DNA from: Parcubacteria group bacterium RIFCSPLOWO2_01_FULL_48_18
GTDB taxonomy: Bacteria; Patescibacteriota; Minisyncoccia; UBA6257; WO2-01-48-18
Length of the DNA stretch: 58,101 bases
Assembly: GCA_001824435.1 (NCBI GenBank)
Contig: MHXH01000024.1
Location: 29,501-87,601 of the forward strand
Direction: 5' to 3'
Part shown: positions 8,008 through 16,188 of the stretch, in pieces
Layout: each line of letters starts with the position of its first letter
Position numbering within the stretch: the stretch's first letter is position 1
The notes under the pieces: generated by a model
The model's input: only the letters and a program-made list of their open reading frames with translations
Told to the model about the DNA's origin: nothing
The model's database searches: none
Made by a program: the position numbers and the translations under genes

Positions 8008-8763
8008 TTATACTTCTTGTGAATTGACAAGTTTTGCGCGTATGAGGGTTCGTTTTGACGCCGAACCGATGGGCCAGCACGTAATCAGATCAATTTCGGA
8101 TCCGGCGGATGGACCCGCAAGCACCGTATTCGTCTGCTCGGGAGTTAAAAATTCTTTTGAAAAAATAATGTATTCGTGTTTTTTGCTTCCATCGATAATA
8201 TAAAATCTGTCAAAAAGTTCAAGTTCTCCCAAGAGCGAAAACACGTACGCATACTCGCCTTTATACCACGAGGCGCGCTAGCTGTGCCCTAAAATCACTC
8301 CGCGCCCACGACTCCCTGGCAAATCGGATCCCGGATATAGTCCAACCCCTTTTTCAAGCGACGCAAGCACCGCATCCGTATTTTCACTCTCCGTAAACAC
8401 GATCGGCGCATTAACCGAAATCTTTTCTATAACCAGCCGATAGTTGCTGCCCGACGAGGGCGCAACCGACTGTTTTTTAATATCTGTGCTCGGTGTTCCT
8501 GATACAACCGTATCTGCCTCGTTGCCAGCTGACAACGAAGCGGCGGTTAATTCATTATGCTGTATTTCGGGAATCGATGAAATCGCGCCAGTAGTCCGCC
8601 CAAATTCCAAAATTCTTTCACTGGTCGGCGCAGAACCAAGATACCGATATCGGATATTATGAAAAAACGCCCCAAAATTTATGAAAGCGTAAATGGTCAT
8701 AATCATCCCTAAAAAAAGGATTGCGAAAATATTTAATTCCTTTTTCCAATTGACGAGCAACAT
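8008..8763 (-). pseudogene. sortase interrupted by one in-frame TAG (8278-8280)
   Basis: The upstream ORF ends ...GVILGHS (catalytic His region). The same frame continues RASWYKGEYAYVFSLLGELELFD...IDLITCWPIG...KRTLIRAKL, which carries the TLxTC Cys and the Arg. The two ORFs (8278..8763 and 8008..8244) share a frame. Confidence 0.8.
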
Positions 8764-8777
8764 GAAACCAAGTACCT

Positions 8778-8805
8778 AAATTCCAAATTCTAGATTCTAG
8801 ATTCT
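8778..8805. repeat. four tandem heptamers (AAATTCC AAATTCT AGATTCT AGATTCT)
   Basis: They fill the 26-nt gap between the CAP gene stop and the sortase start, and the CAP stop codon (8790-8792) lies inside the array. Confidence 0.85.
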
Positions 8806-9956
8806 AATACCACAACCGATGCCGCGGTTTCGTTAATGCTGGAGTTGCGGATTTCAGGCACAGGACCAAACCATCCCACGTAGAGGAAAAGAATAATGAC
8901 AAGCGCCGGCCTTATCAATGCTAATCGGCGAGGTTTGTGAAGCCGCGTGAATAGAAATACAATCGGAAGAAGCGCAAGGACAATGATAAGGCTGGATGTC
9001 AGCTTGAACTTCGATCGCAATGAAAGGCGTTCTGTCACGGCCGGCACAGCCTGCAACGAACGAGATACAACCGCAGGTATATTCATGCGAGATTCTGTTG
9101 GAACTTTCTCCGCCGAAACATCTTGTTCTATAGCGGTGGCGAGCGGAGGCGGGGGATTTGACACTCCTTTTTCAAGCTGCGCCACGATAGCCGGTGGCGG
9201 CGGATTTACGGGAAACTGAGAAGGCGGAGGCGGATGTACAGGAATTTGTGAAGGCGAAAGTTGAATGGGTTTAAGCGGGGCCAGGGGCGCGACAGGTTGA
9301 CGCGGAACAGAAGCGGCCGATGCTACAGGCGTAATTGTCAACGATCGAGGTTTTGCAAAAAACTGTACAACAATAATACTCGTGCGCCCTTCAAATGTGC
9401 CCGGTACAACCGCAACGCCGATTTCGCGATATAGCAAATTTACGATATTTGCCCGATGCGCCGGAGAATTCATAAAAGCCGCATGCGCATCAGGGGCCGA
9501 CAAAAAATCAATCGCCAGGTTCTCTCCTGCTGCAGTATATGGATAATTCTCGGCCTCAATAAATATCCACGGCTGTTTACTATCCGGCGTCACGTGCGCA
9601 AAATACTGCCGGTTAAACATATCGTACGCTTTGCGTTCTGCCGCCCGGCTAAGCAGCGTATTTTCCGCAAGCGGTTCAAGTCCGCTTGCCCGTCGCGCGC
9701 CGTTCACCAACGAAATAACATCTTTCGATTGAAATGCGATGATATCGACTGGGGAGGCGAGCTGGGACGTTTTTAGATAAACGGCCGAAGCTGCGAGCGT
9801 GAATCCCAAAAAGACATACGCAAGAAAGGCCGTATGCGACAAACCGTGCGGAAGCCACCGATTACGCGGATTCGGCACAAAGAAATTTTCAACGAATTGT
9901 ACGCCGCGCGTTATCATAACCTTCACCCCGTTAGACATTTTTTGATGTTCTGACAT
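8790..9956 (-). CDS. CAP/SCP (YkwD-like) domain protein with a Pro-rich linker and a C-terminal membrane anchor
   Basis: The CAP core reads LNGARRASGLEPL...YFAHVTP...GENLA...FMNSPAHRANIV...IGVAVV. A proline-rich tract (PPPPSQFPVNPPPP) follows, then the hydrophobic segment LIIVLALLPIVFLF. Confidence 0.8.
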   Translation of the reverse strand: MSEHQKMSNGVKVMITRGVQFVENFFVPNPRNRWLPHGLSHTAFLAYVFLGFTLAASAVYLKTSQLASPVDIIAFQSKDVISLVNGARRASGLEPLAENTLLSRAAERKAYDMFNRQYFAHVTPDSKQPWIFIEAENYPYTAAGENLAIDFLSAPDAHAAFMNSPAHRANIVNLLYREIGVAVVPGTFEGRTSIIVVQFFAKPRSLTITPVASAASVPRQPVAPLAPLKPIQLSPSQIPVHPPPPSQFPVNPPPPAIVAQLEKGVSNPPPPLATAIEQDVSAEKVPTESRMNIPAVVSRSLQAVPAVTERLSLRSKFKLTSSLIIVLALLPIVFLFTRLHKPRRLALIRPALVIILFLYVGWFGPVPEIRNSSINETAASVVVLESRI

Positions 9957-10428
9957 GGTAATTTTTAAATCCCCCGCTAAAACATGTTCGGATTATTTTT
10001 TCATTACAATCAATGTGTCTAACGGGGTTCATTTTCTATTATACCCCTTTACGGTTCGGTCTCCACTACATGAATTTCGTATCCGGCCTCTTCTCTTTTC
10101 TACGTATCGCCCACAACGTAAACCGAAGACGCATATCTGCATACGCAAGTCGCGGTGTTATGTTTTCTAATCTACCGCGAGAAGAATGCGCATATATTCC
10201 TATCGAACCGATGAACGCGATAAACGAAACCCATAGCGCAATATCTTTGGGTCCGGTCACGATTGTTGCCGCTCCCAATACGCGGCCGCGATTTTTCACG
10301 ACTACAATGGCGCTATCTTCATCTGCCGCATCCGGTATTCCGGTTACCGCAATCGTTGTTTTTGCTGTAGATGAGTAACTGTTGTTTTCACACATGATTA
10401 TATAGTCAGTGGTGATTGATGGCAAGTC

Positions 10429-10758
10429 TTGGGAGAGAGTATCTGCACCGATGAGTATCTTAAGGAGTACATCAAGTATGGGCGGAAGAATAATCCGGAA
10501 GAGGTCACAAAACTCCAGGAATTCTTGAATAACTACATGGGCGAGGCGCTTCCCTTAACAGGATTCTACGGACAGCTTACGCGTGAAGCGGTAAACCGAT
10601 TCCAGGTTCGGTATTCTGATGAAGTGCTTGTGCCGTGGCTTCCGTACGGACTCCAGAGCGCGACCACACCCACCGGATACGTGTATAAAACAACGAAACG
10701 CTGGATCAATATGCTTGTTTGTTCCGTCTTGAATCTTCCGATCCCGCCGCTTCCGTAA
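10429..10758 (+). CDS. putative peptidoglycan-binding (PG_binding_1-like) domain protein
   Basis: VTKLQEFLNNYMGEALPLTGFYGQLTREAVNRFQ fits the LQxxL...DGxFGxxTxxAVxxFQ pattern. It has a TTG start and no signal peptide, so the 5' end is uncertain. Confidence 0.5.
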   Translation: MGESICTDEYLKEYIKYGRKNNPEEVTKLQEFLNNYMGEALPLTGFYGQLTREAVNRFQVRYSDEVLVPWLPYGLQSATTPTGYVYKTTKRWINMLVCSVLNLPIPPLP

Positions 10759-10789
10759 CGGTTATAGAAACCTTTGTGGCTTTTCAATA

Positions 10790-10810
10790 CCCCGGCGCAG
10801 GCCGGGGTTT
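10790..10810 (+). terminator. rho-independent terminator
   Basis: CCCCGGC (10790-10796) / GCCGGGG (10801-10807), 4-nt loop, followed by a T-rich stretch. Confidence 0.65.
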
Positions 10811-10865
10811 GTGGTATTTTAATCTGGCATTTTTTAATAAATCATGCTATGCTTAAGAGTGTATA

Positions 10866-11540
10866 GTGAATAATAATATGGGTATGGAATTACAAGCCCA
10901 AACAAGAGAAAAATTTGGTAAAGCGGTAAGCCTTCTTCTAAAGACGGGCCTTATTCCGGCAGAACTCTACGGTCGGGGGCTCGAAAATCTTCATCTAGCT
11001 GTCAAGAAAGAAGATTTTGCCGCGGTATATCGGCAAGCAGGGGAAAATACCATCGTGAACCTCAAAATCGGCGCCGAAACAAAACCAACGCTCATCTATA
11101 ATGTCCAGCGCGATCCGATAAGCGACTCGTACCGCCATATTGACTTCTATCAGGTTAGGATGGATGAAACAATTAAAACAGAAGTGCCATTAGTATTTAT
11201 AGGAGAATCGTCGGCGGTAAAATCGCTTGGCGGCGTTTTGGTAAAGACGATGAAGGCGCTGCCGATTGAGTCTCTACCGGGAGATCTTCCGCGTGAAATC
11301 GGCGTCGACCTTGCCGCGTTGAAAGAGCTCGACAGCACGTTCTACGTCAAAGACCTCGAATTACCCAAAGGCGTAAAACCGACGGTTGGACCTGAAACCG
11401 CAGTTGTTTCGGTAGTTGCGCCGGCAACAGAAGAAGAAATCAAACCAACAGAAGAAGTCACCGTTGAATCGGTTAAGGTGGAAACAGAAGAAAAGAAAGC
11501 GCAGCGGGAAACAGCCAAGAAAGAAGGAGAAAGCTCTTAA
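10866..11540 (+). CDS. rplY: ribosomal protein L25 / Ctc family
   Basis: LIPAELYG, TIVNLKI, RDPISDSYRHIDFYQV and a two-domain Ctc architecture with an acidic/Lys-rich tail. The track start is GTG, and ATG alternatives lie at 10878 and 10884. Confidence 0.9.
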   Translation: MNNNMGMELQAQTREKFGKAVSLLLKTGLIPAELYGRGLENLHLAVKKEDFAAVYRQAGENTIVNLKIGAETKPTLIYNVQRDPISDSYRHIDFYQVRMDETIKTEVPLVFIGESSAVKSLGGVLVKTMKALPIESLPGDLPREIGVDLAALKELDSTFYVKDLELPKGVKPTVGPETAVVSVVAPATEEEIKPTEEVTVESVKVETEEKKAQRETAKKEGESS

Positions 11541-11586
11541 CAACTCGGACTCCATAAAGATTGACGCGTGGTATTGTCGAGAAACT

Positions 11587-13056
11587 ATGTCCACCTTTTA
11601 TTATCGTCCAAAGCCGAAAACGGTAGTTGATGTCATCGGAAAGAAAGAAGTCGATCCATTCAAAAGCAGAGAACGACGCATCAATCTAAAAAACCAATTC
11701 TCCGGATGGCGCGTTGCGATATGCAGCTATTCTCCTACGATTGCGAAAGGGGTTGCTTTACTATTCGCCGTCACAATTCTTTCTGGTGCGGGAGTATATG
11801 CCCCTTCCATATCTCAACCATCGCTGGCGGCACTGGATGAAAACACCGATGAACGGCAAGCGTTAGAAGAAGAACTGACAAAAGTAGAAAAACAAATCGA
11901 GGAATACGAAACAAGTATTGCCGGATTCAAAACGCAGGCAAAAACATTAAAGGAGGAATTGAAACGGCTCGACGCGAAAATCGCCCAATTTAATTTAAGA
12001 ATTAAGGCCGCTAGCCTTTCGCTTGAGAAGGTGAACCGCGAAATCGCCGAAACGCAAAGCCAGATTAACGTGACCGAAGGCGAAATCCAATTTAACAAAG
12101 AGGCACTTGCCGACTCTCTTCGCGTCATTCATCAGGAAGAAACCGCCTCGTTGGTGGAAATCCTGTTGCGGAGTCCCAAGCTTTCCGACTTTTTTGGAGA
12201 AATAAACTCTCTGATCGCGGTTCAGGAGAACACTCGCCTTGCGTTGAGTAAGGTGACGGAGTTGAAAAATCAATTGCTTGATCAGCGAGAGACGCTGTCT
12301 CTTGAACGAAGCGACGTGATCGCGCTGAAAGAATTCAATGAATCCCAACGGACTGCGCTCGGCGACACCAAATCGCAAAAAGACAGCCTCTTAAAAACTA
12401 CTCAGGGGAAAGAATCAAAATATCAAGGGCTCTTGAAAGAATCGATCAAGCTCGCCTCGCAAATCAGAAGCAGGATATTTCAACTTCTTGGAGGAGGGGA
12501 GTTGACGTTTGAGGAAGCGCTTAAACTTGCCCAGCTTGCTGAACGAACGACCGGTGTCCGCGCCGCATTCATTCTAGCCATTCTCGACCGGGAATCCGCG
12601 CTCGGGACCAATGTAGGAAAGTGCGGTTATAAAACCGCCATGCACCCGAAACGCGATATTCCCATATTCTTAGAAATCATTAAAGAGCTTGGGCTTCAGA
12701 AAAATCTTGAAGACGGAATCATAAAAGTTTCTTGCCCGAACGCAGACGGCGCGTACGGCGGCGCAATGGGGCCGGCACAATTCATTCCTTCAACATGGGC
12801 AGTGTATAAAGAAAAGGTGGTTCTGGCAGGAGGAAGCAACCCTCCTTCTCCATGGAATAACGCGGATGCTTTTCTTGCGACGGCCCTGTATCTTAAAGAT
12901 CTTGGAGCAGATACGGGAATTGCCGCAGCAGAGCGGCAAGCTGCTGCAAAATACTATGCAGGAGGTCGCTGGAGGCGGTATCTTTGGACATACGGCGATT
13001 GGGTGGTAAATAAAGCCGCTGCATACCAAAAAGATATCGCGCTCTTAACAGGATAG
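11587..13056 (+). CDS. membrane-anchored coiled-coil protein with a C-terminal MltB/SLT_2-like lytic transglycosylase domain
   Basis: I use the ATG at 11587 (MSTFYY...) because the track ORF start overlaps rplY. It has a TM segment (GVALLFAVTILSGAG) and about 250 aa of heptad-rich sequence. The C-terminus reads LDRESALGTNVGKC...GGAMGPAQFIPSTW. Confidence 0.8.
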   Translation: MSTFYYRPKPKTVVDVIGKKEVDPFKSRERRINLKNQFSGWRVAICSYSPTIAKGVALLFAVTILSGAGVYAPSISQPSLAALDENTDERQALEEELTKVEKQIEEYETSIAGFKTQAKTLKEELKRLDAKIAQFNLRIKAASLSLEKVNREIAETQSQINVTEGEIQFNKEALADSLRVIHQEETASLVEILLRSPKLSDFFGEINSLIAVQENTRLALSKVTELKNQLLDQRETLSLERSDVIALKEFNESQRTALGDTKSQKDSLLKTTQGKESKYQGLLKESIKLASQIRSRIFQLLGGGELTFEEALKLAQLAERTTGVRAAFILAILDRESALGTNVGKCGYKTAMHPKRDIPIFLEIIKELGLQKNLEDGIIKVSCPNADGAYGGAMGPAQFIPSTWAVYKEKVVLAGGSNPPSPWNNADAFLATALYLKDLGADTGIAAAERQAAAKYYAGGRWRRYLWTYGDWVVNKAAAYQKDIALLTG

Positions 13057-13109
13057 TTTATCCACAGTCTCATCTTTTGTTAGCGGCCGACGTGCTACAA
13101 TAAATACAT

Positions 13110-13427
13110 ATGGAACAACCATCGTCAACACAACCAATCATACAGAAAGGTCATGTAGGATTTATTGGTGCAATACTTCTCGGGGGCCTTTTGCTCGGCG
13201 GAGTTCTCGGATATCTCTGGGGATTTGAACAGGGATATAACAATGGAACGTTCGCCGGCCAACAAGCAGGAGAAGCCGCCGGTTATTCGGAAGGATTGAC
13301 CGATGCCCGCGTAAGAGAACAACAGGCTGCGCTTGAGGCGGTTAATCCGTTTGAAGCGGCGTCGGTGAATCCATTCGATCAAGGAACGAATCCATTCGAG
13401 GACGTGAAGTTAAATCCGTTCGAGTAA
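13110..13427 (+). CDS. small membrane protein with four C-terminal NPF(E/D) repeats
   Basis: It has a TM segment (FIGAILLGGLLLGGVLGYLWGF) and the tail VNPFEAASVNPFDQGTNPFEDVKLNPFE. Confidence 0.6.
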   Translation: MEQPSSTQPIIQKGHVGFIGAILLGGLLLGGVLGYLWGFEQGYNNGTFAGQQAGEAAGYSEGLTDARVREQQAALEAVNPFEAASVNPFDQGTNPFEDVKLNPFE

Positions 13428-13472
13428 TCTGAATCCGGAACTTAGAATCTAAAAACCTCAACTTAAAGATTC

Positions 13473-16109
13473 TTGACTCAAGCCTTTAAATTTTTATTGC
13501 CGCTATCCGTCGCCGCTGCTGGGATTTTTCTAGCAGTTGTTTTTGTTTCTGCTTCCTCTCCATTTGATATTACATTCCCCATTCCGGAGCTAGGCGGATG
13601 CGCGGACAAAGACGCATGTAAAACATATTGTGATGACATTAGTCATAAAAACGAGTGTCTCGTATTCGCTCAAAAACATGGGCTTGTAACGAAAGAAGAC
13701 GTAGAAAAGGCGCAAAAACTGCCATCGACAGGGCCCGGTGGGTGCAGTTCACAGAATGAATGTAAAGCGTATTGCGACAGCCCGGATCATTTTGATGAAT
13801 GTATTGCCTTTGCCGAACAGCATGGATTTATTTCTGCTCAGGACGCACAGCGGGCAAAGAAATTCAGAAATGTAACCGGTCCGGGGGGTTGTAAGGGAGT
13901 TGAATGCAAAAACTACTGCGATGACCCGGCGCATGCCGAGGAGTGTATCTCGTTTGCGGAGGAAAACGGCCTTATTGATAAACGGGAAGCCCAGGTTGCC
14001 AAAAGAGTATTACAGAAAGGGGGTCCCGGCGGATGCCGAGGCGAAGAGCAATGCCGCGCCTATTGCGAGAACCCTGATCATGTCGAAGACTGCGTTGCAT
14101 TTGCCGAAGAACAGGGTTTTATGACAAAAGAAGAAGCGGAGCGCGCGCGCAGATTTATGACACTCGGGAAAGGAGGTCCAGGCGGATGCCGCGGAGAACA
14201 AGAGTGTAAAACCTATTGTGAAAATCCGGATCACGTGGAAGCATGCATTGATTTTGGGGAACGTGAAGGATTTATGACCAAAGAGGATGCCCAGCGCGCA
14301 AGGAAGTTTGCAGGAAAACCGGGTCCCGGCGGCTGTCGCGGAGAATCATGCCGCGCTTACTGTGAAAATCCGGATCACGGAGAAGAATGTTTGAAATTTG
14401 CAGAAGAAAACGGATTTATCGGAAAAGAAGAGGCCGAACGGGCAAGAAAATTTATGAGTGCGGCTCGCGAGGGCGGGCCTGGAGGGTGTCGTGGCGAGCA
14501 GTGCCGTTCCTATTGCGAAGATCCAACGCATCAGGAGGAATGTTTTGAATTCGGTAGAAAACATGGATTGATGCGACCGGAAGATGAACGTAGGTTTGAA
14601 CAAGGGCAAAAGATCCAGCAAAAGATGCAAGAATCGGGCGGACCAGGAGGATGTCGAAGCGAGGAAGAATGCCGGCGCTACTGCATGAATTCTGAACACG
14701 TCGAGGAGTGTTTGGCGTTTGCGACAGCGCATGGCGGTATCCCGACAAAGGAAGCCGAGCGGATGCTTAAAGAATTTACCGAGATGCATGACCGTTTTAG
14801 AAAAGAGGAATTCCGTCCGGAAGGACTCGAGAGACCGCAAGGAGAACTTGGTCCACCAAGGATGATGTCGCCTACGGAGGATTTTGAACGGATGAAGATG
14901 GAACGGCTCGAAAAATTCCGTGAGTTCCATGAACTTGAAGGTCAATTTAGAGGAGAATTTGAAATTCCGCGCGATTTCTCCGGACCGGGAGGATGTAAGG
15001 GGCCCGAAGAATGCATTAAATACTGTTCAGATCCGGCGCATCGAGAGGAATGTGCCAAATTCGGCGAACAAGGAGAACGGATGCCGCCCGGAGGATTTTT
15101 CCAAGGAGCTCCTCCCGGCGCGCCAAGCGAGTTTCGACCGCCCCTTGAAGGACAATTCCCCTCTAAACTACAACTGCCTCCGGATTTTGCTGGTCCTGGC
15201 GGCTGTAAAACACCAGAAGAGTGCTTCCGTTACTGCGAAACCCACGCTGCAGAATCAGACGTAAAAGAGGCATGTTTCCGATTAAGATTTCTCTTTTCGC
15301 CCCAACCGTCAACGTCAGGAGGGACTGGATACCAGCCGTCCACAAACGTCGGGCCGTTCCCAACGCCATATCCCGCAGAGTTTAATTATCCAGGGGTCTG
15401 TTCAAATATTGAAGATTGCAGAAAGTATTGCAGTGATACAACACGGGCCGCAGAACCGGTTTGCGTAAAACTGAAATATTATCTCAACCAGCCGACAACC
15501 AGCGGTCCGACAAGGCAAACGCCACTTCCTCTTCCGCCAGTATATCTAGAACCGTCACGCTCCTTAGAATTTAATATTCCAGGGGTATGCGCGAATCTTG
15601 ATGAGTGCAAACGATATTGTACGGATCCGGCTCGCTCTCAAGAACCGCTTTGTGAAAAACTCCGTTACTTTCTGCAAAATCAACTTCAATACCCGCAATA
15701 TCCCACTCAACCTCCAGTTCAACCAATTCAACCGCCTCCATACATATATCCCCCCTCAACGGAAGGAACGTCTTACGAAGTATGTACTACGCAATATGCT
15801 CCGGTTTGCGGTACTGACGGTAAAACATATTCCAATGATTGTTTTGCCAAAATTGCCCATGTTGGTATAGCATATCCGGGAGAGTGCCGGTCAACTTCAA
15901 CTCAACCGCCGCCCCCGCCAACCTACCCACAATATCAAGAAGGCTGCTTCGACACCGCAAGCTGTGAGAAAATTTGTTACTATTCGGAGAGTCCGTATTA
16001 TCAAAGCGATGCGTGCATCAAATACCGGGCCTCGAAGACTCAATCGTCCCAACCTCGAACGTCGTTACTCGGCAACCTCGTTAACGCATTTCTCAATTTA
16101 TTCCGATAA
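13473..16109 (+). CDS. secreted Cys-repeat protein (~13 copies of a 4-Cys ~45-aa module) with a Kazal-type inhibitor domain
   Basis: TTG start and a signal peptide. The repeated module is GPGGCxGxxxCxxYCxxPxHxxECxxFAExxGF. The Kazal signature is CTTQYAPVCGTDGKTYSNDCFAKIAHVGIAYPGEC. Confidence 0.85.
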   Translation: MTQAFKFLLPLSVAAAGIFLAVVFVSASSPFDITFPIPELGGCADKDACKTYCDDISHKNECLVFAQKHGLVTKEDVEKAQKLPSTGPGGCSSQNECKAYCDSPDHFDECIAFAEQHGFISAQDAQRAKKFRNVTGPGGCKGVECKNYCDDPAHAEECISFAEENGLIDKREAQVAKRVLQKGGPGGCRGEEQCRAYCENPDHVEDCVAFAEEQGFMTKEEAERARRFMTLGKGGPGGCRGEQECKTYCENPDHVEACIDFGEREGFMTKEDAQRARKFAGKPGPGGCRGESCRAYCENPDHGEECLKFAEENGFIGKEEAERARKFMSAAREGGPGGCRGEQCRSYCEDPTHQEECFEFGRKHGLMRPEDERRFEQGQKIQQKMQESGGPGGCRSEEECRRYCMNSEHVEECLAFATAHGGIPTKEAERMLKEFTEMHDRFRKEEFRPEGLERPQGELGPPRMMSPTEDFERMKMERLEKFREFHELEGQFRGEFEIPRDFSGPGGCKGPEECIKYCSDPAHREECAKFGEQGERMPPGGFFQGAPPGAPSEFRPPLEGQFPSKLQLPPDFAGPGGCKTPEECFRYCETHAAESDVKEACFRLRFLFSPQPSTSGGTGYQPSTNVGPFPTPYPAEFNYPGVCSNIEDCRKYCSDTTRAAEPVCVKLKYYLNQPTTSGPTRQTPLPLPPVYLEPSRSLEFNIPGVCANLDECKRYCTDPARSQEPLCEKLRYFLQNQLQYPQYPTQPPVQPIQPPPYIYPPSTEGTSYEVCTTQYAPVCGTDGKTYSNDCFAKIAHVGIAYPGECRSTSTQPPPPPTYPQYQEGCFDTASCEKICYYSESPYYQSDACIKYRASKTQSSQPRTSLLGNLVNAFLNLFR

Positions 16110-16131
16110 TTTTCACGATGTTTTAATATTA

Positions 16132-16154
16132 TTCCCCCCGGCGGGGGAATTTTT
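16132..16154 (+). terminator. rho-independent terminator
   Basis: TTCCCCC (16132-16138) / GGGGGAA (16143-16149), loop CGGC, then TTTTT. Confidence 0.75.
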
Positions 16155-16169
16155 CTATCAAAAAAAGGG

Positions 16170-16178
16170 TGCTATACT
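16170..16178 (+). promoter_or_regulatory. extended -10 promoter element (TGcTATACT) for pilB
   Basis: TG at 16170-16171 and TATACT at 16173-16178. The pilB ATG is only 10 nt downstream of the hexamer, which implies a very short leader or none. Confidence 0.4.
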
Positions 16179-16188
16179 ATAGTTATAC

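Noticed and set aside
8278-8280. Alternative genetic code (stop-codon reassignment, as in some CPR lineages)
   Set aside because: TGA terminates conserved genes at the expected length (pilB, thpR). TAG terminates metK, the S41 protease and the CAP protein. No conserved gene needs an internal stop to be read through except the sortase.
9664-9690. tRNA-like T-arm (AGCGG-TTCAAGT-CCGCT) on the + strand
   Set aside because: It lies inside the well-supported CAP-domain CDS. No complementary acceptor 5' strand, D-arm or anticodon arm can be found ~65 nt upstream.
10013-10425. Overlapping opposite-strand ORFs 10013..10378(+) and 10066..10425(-)
   Set aside because: Neither has a recognisable motif or a clean start context. 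The minus ORF has one hydrophobic segment, but I cannot decide between them, so no feature is reported.
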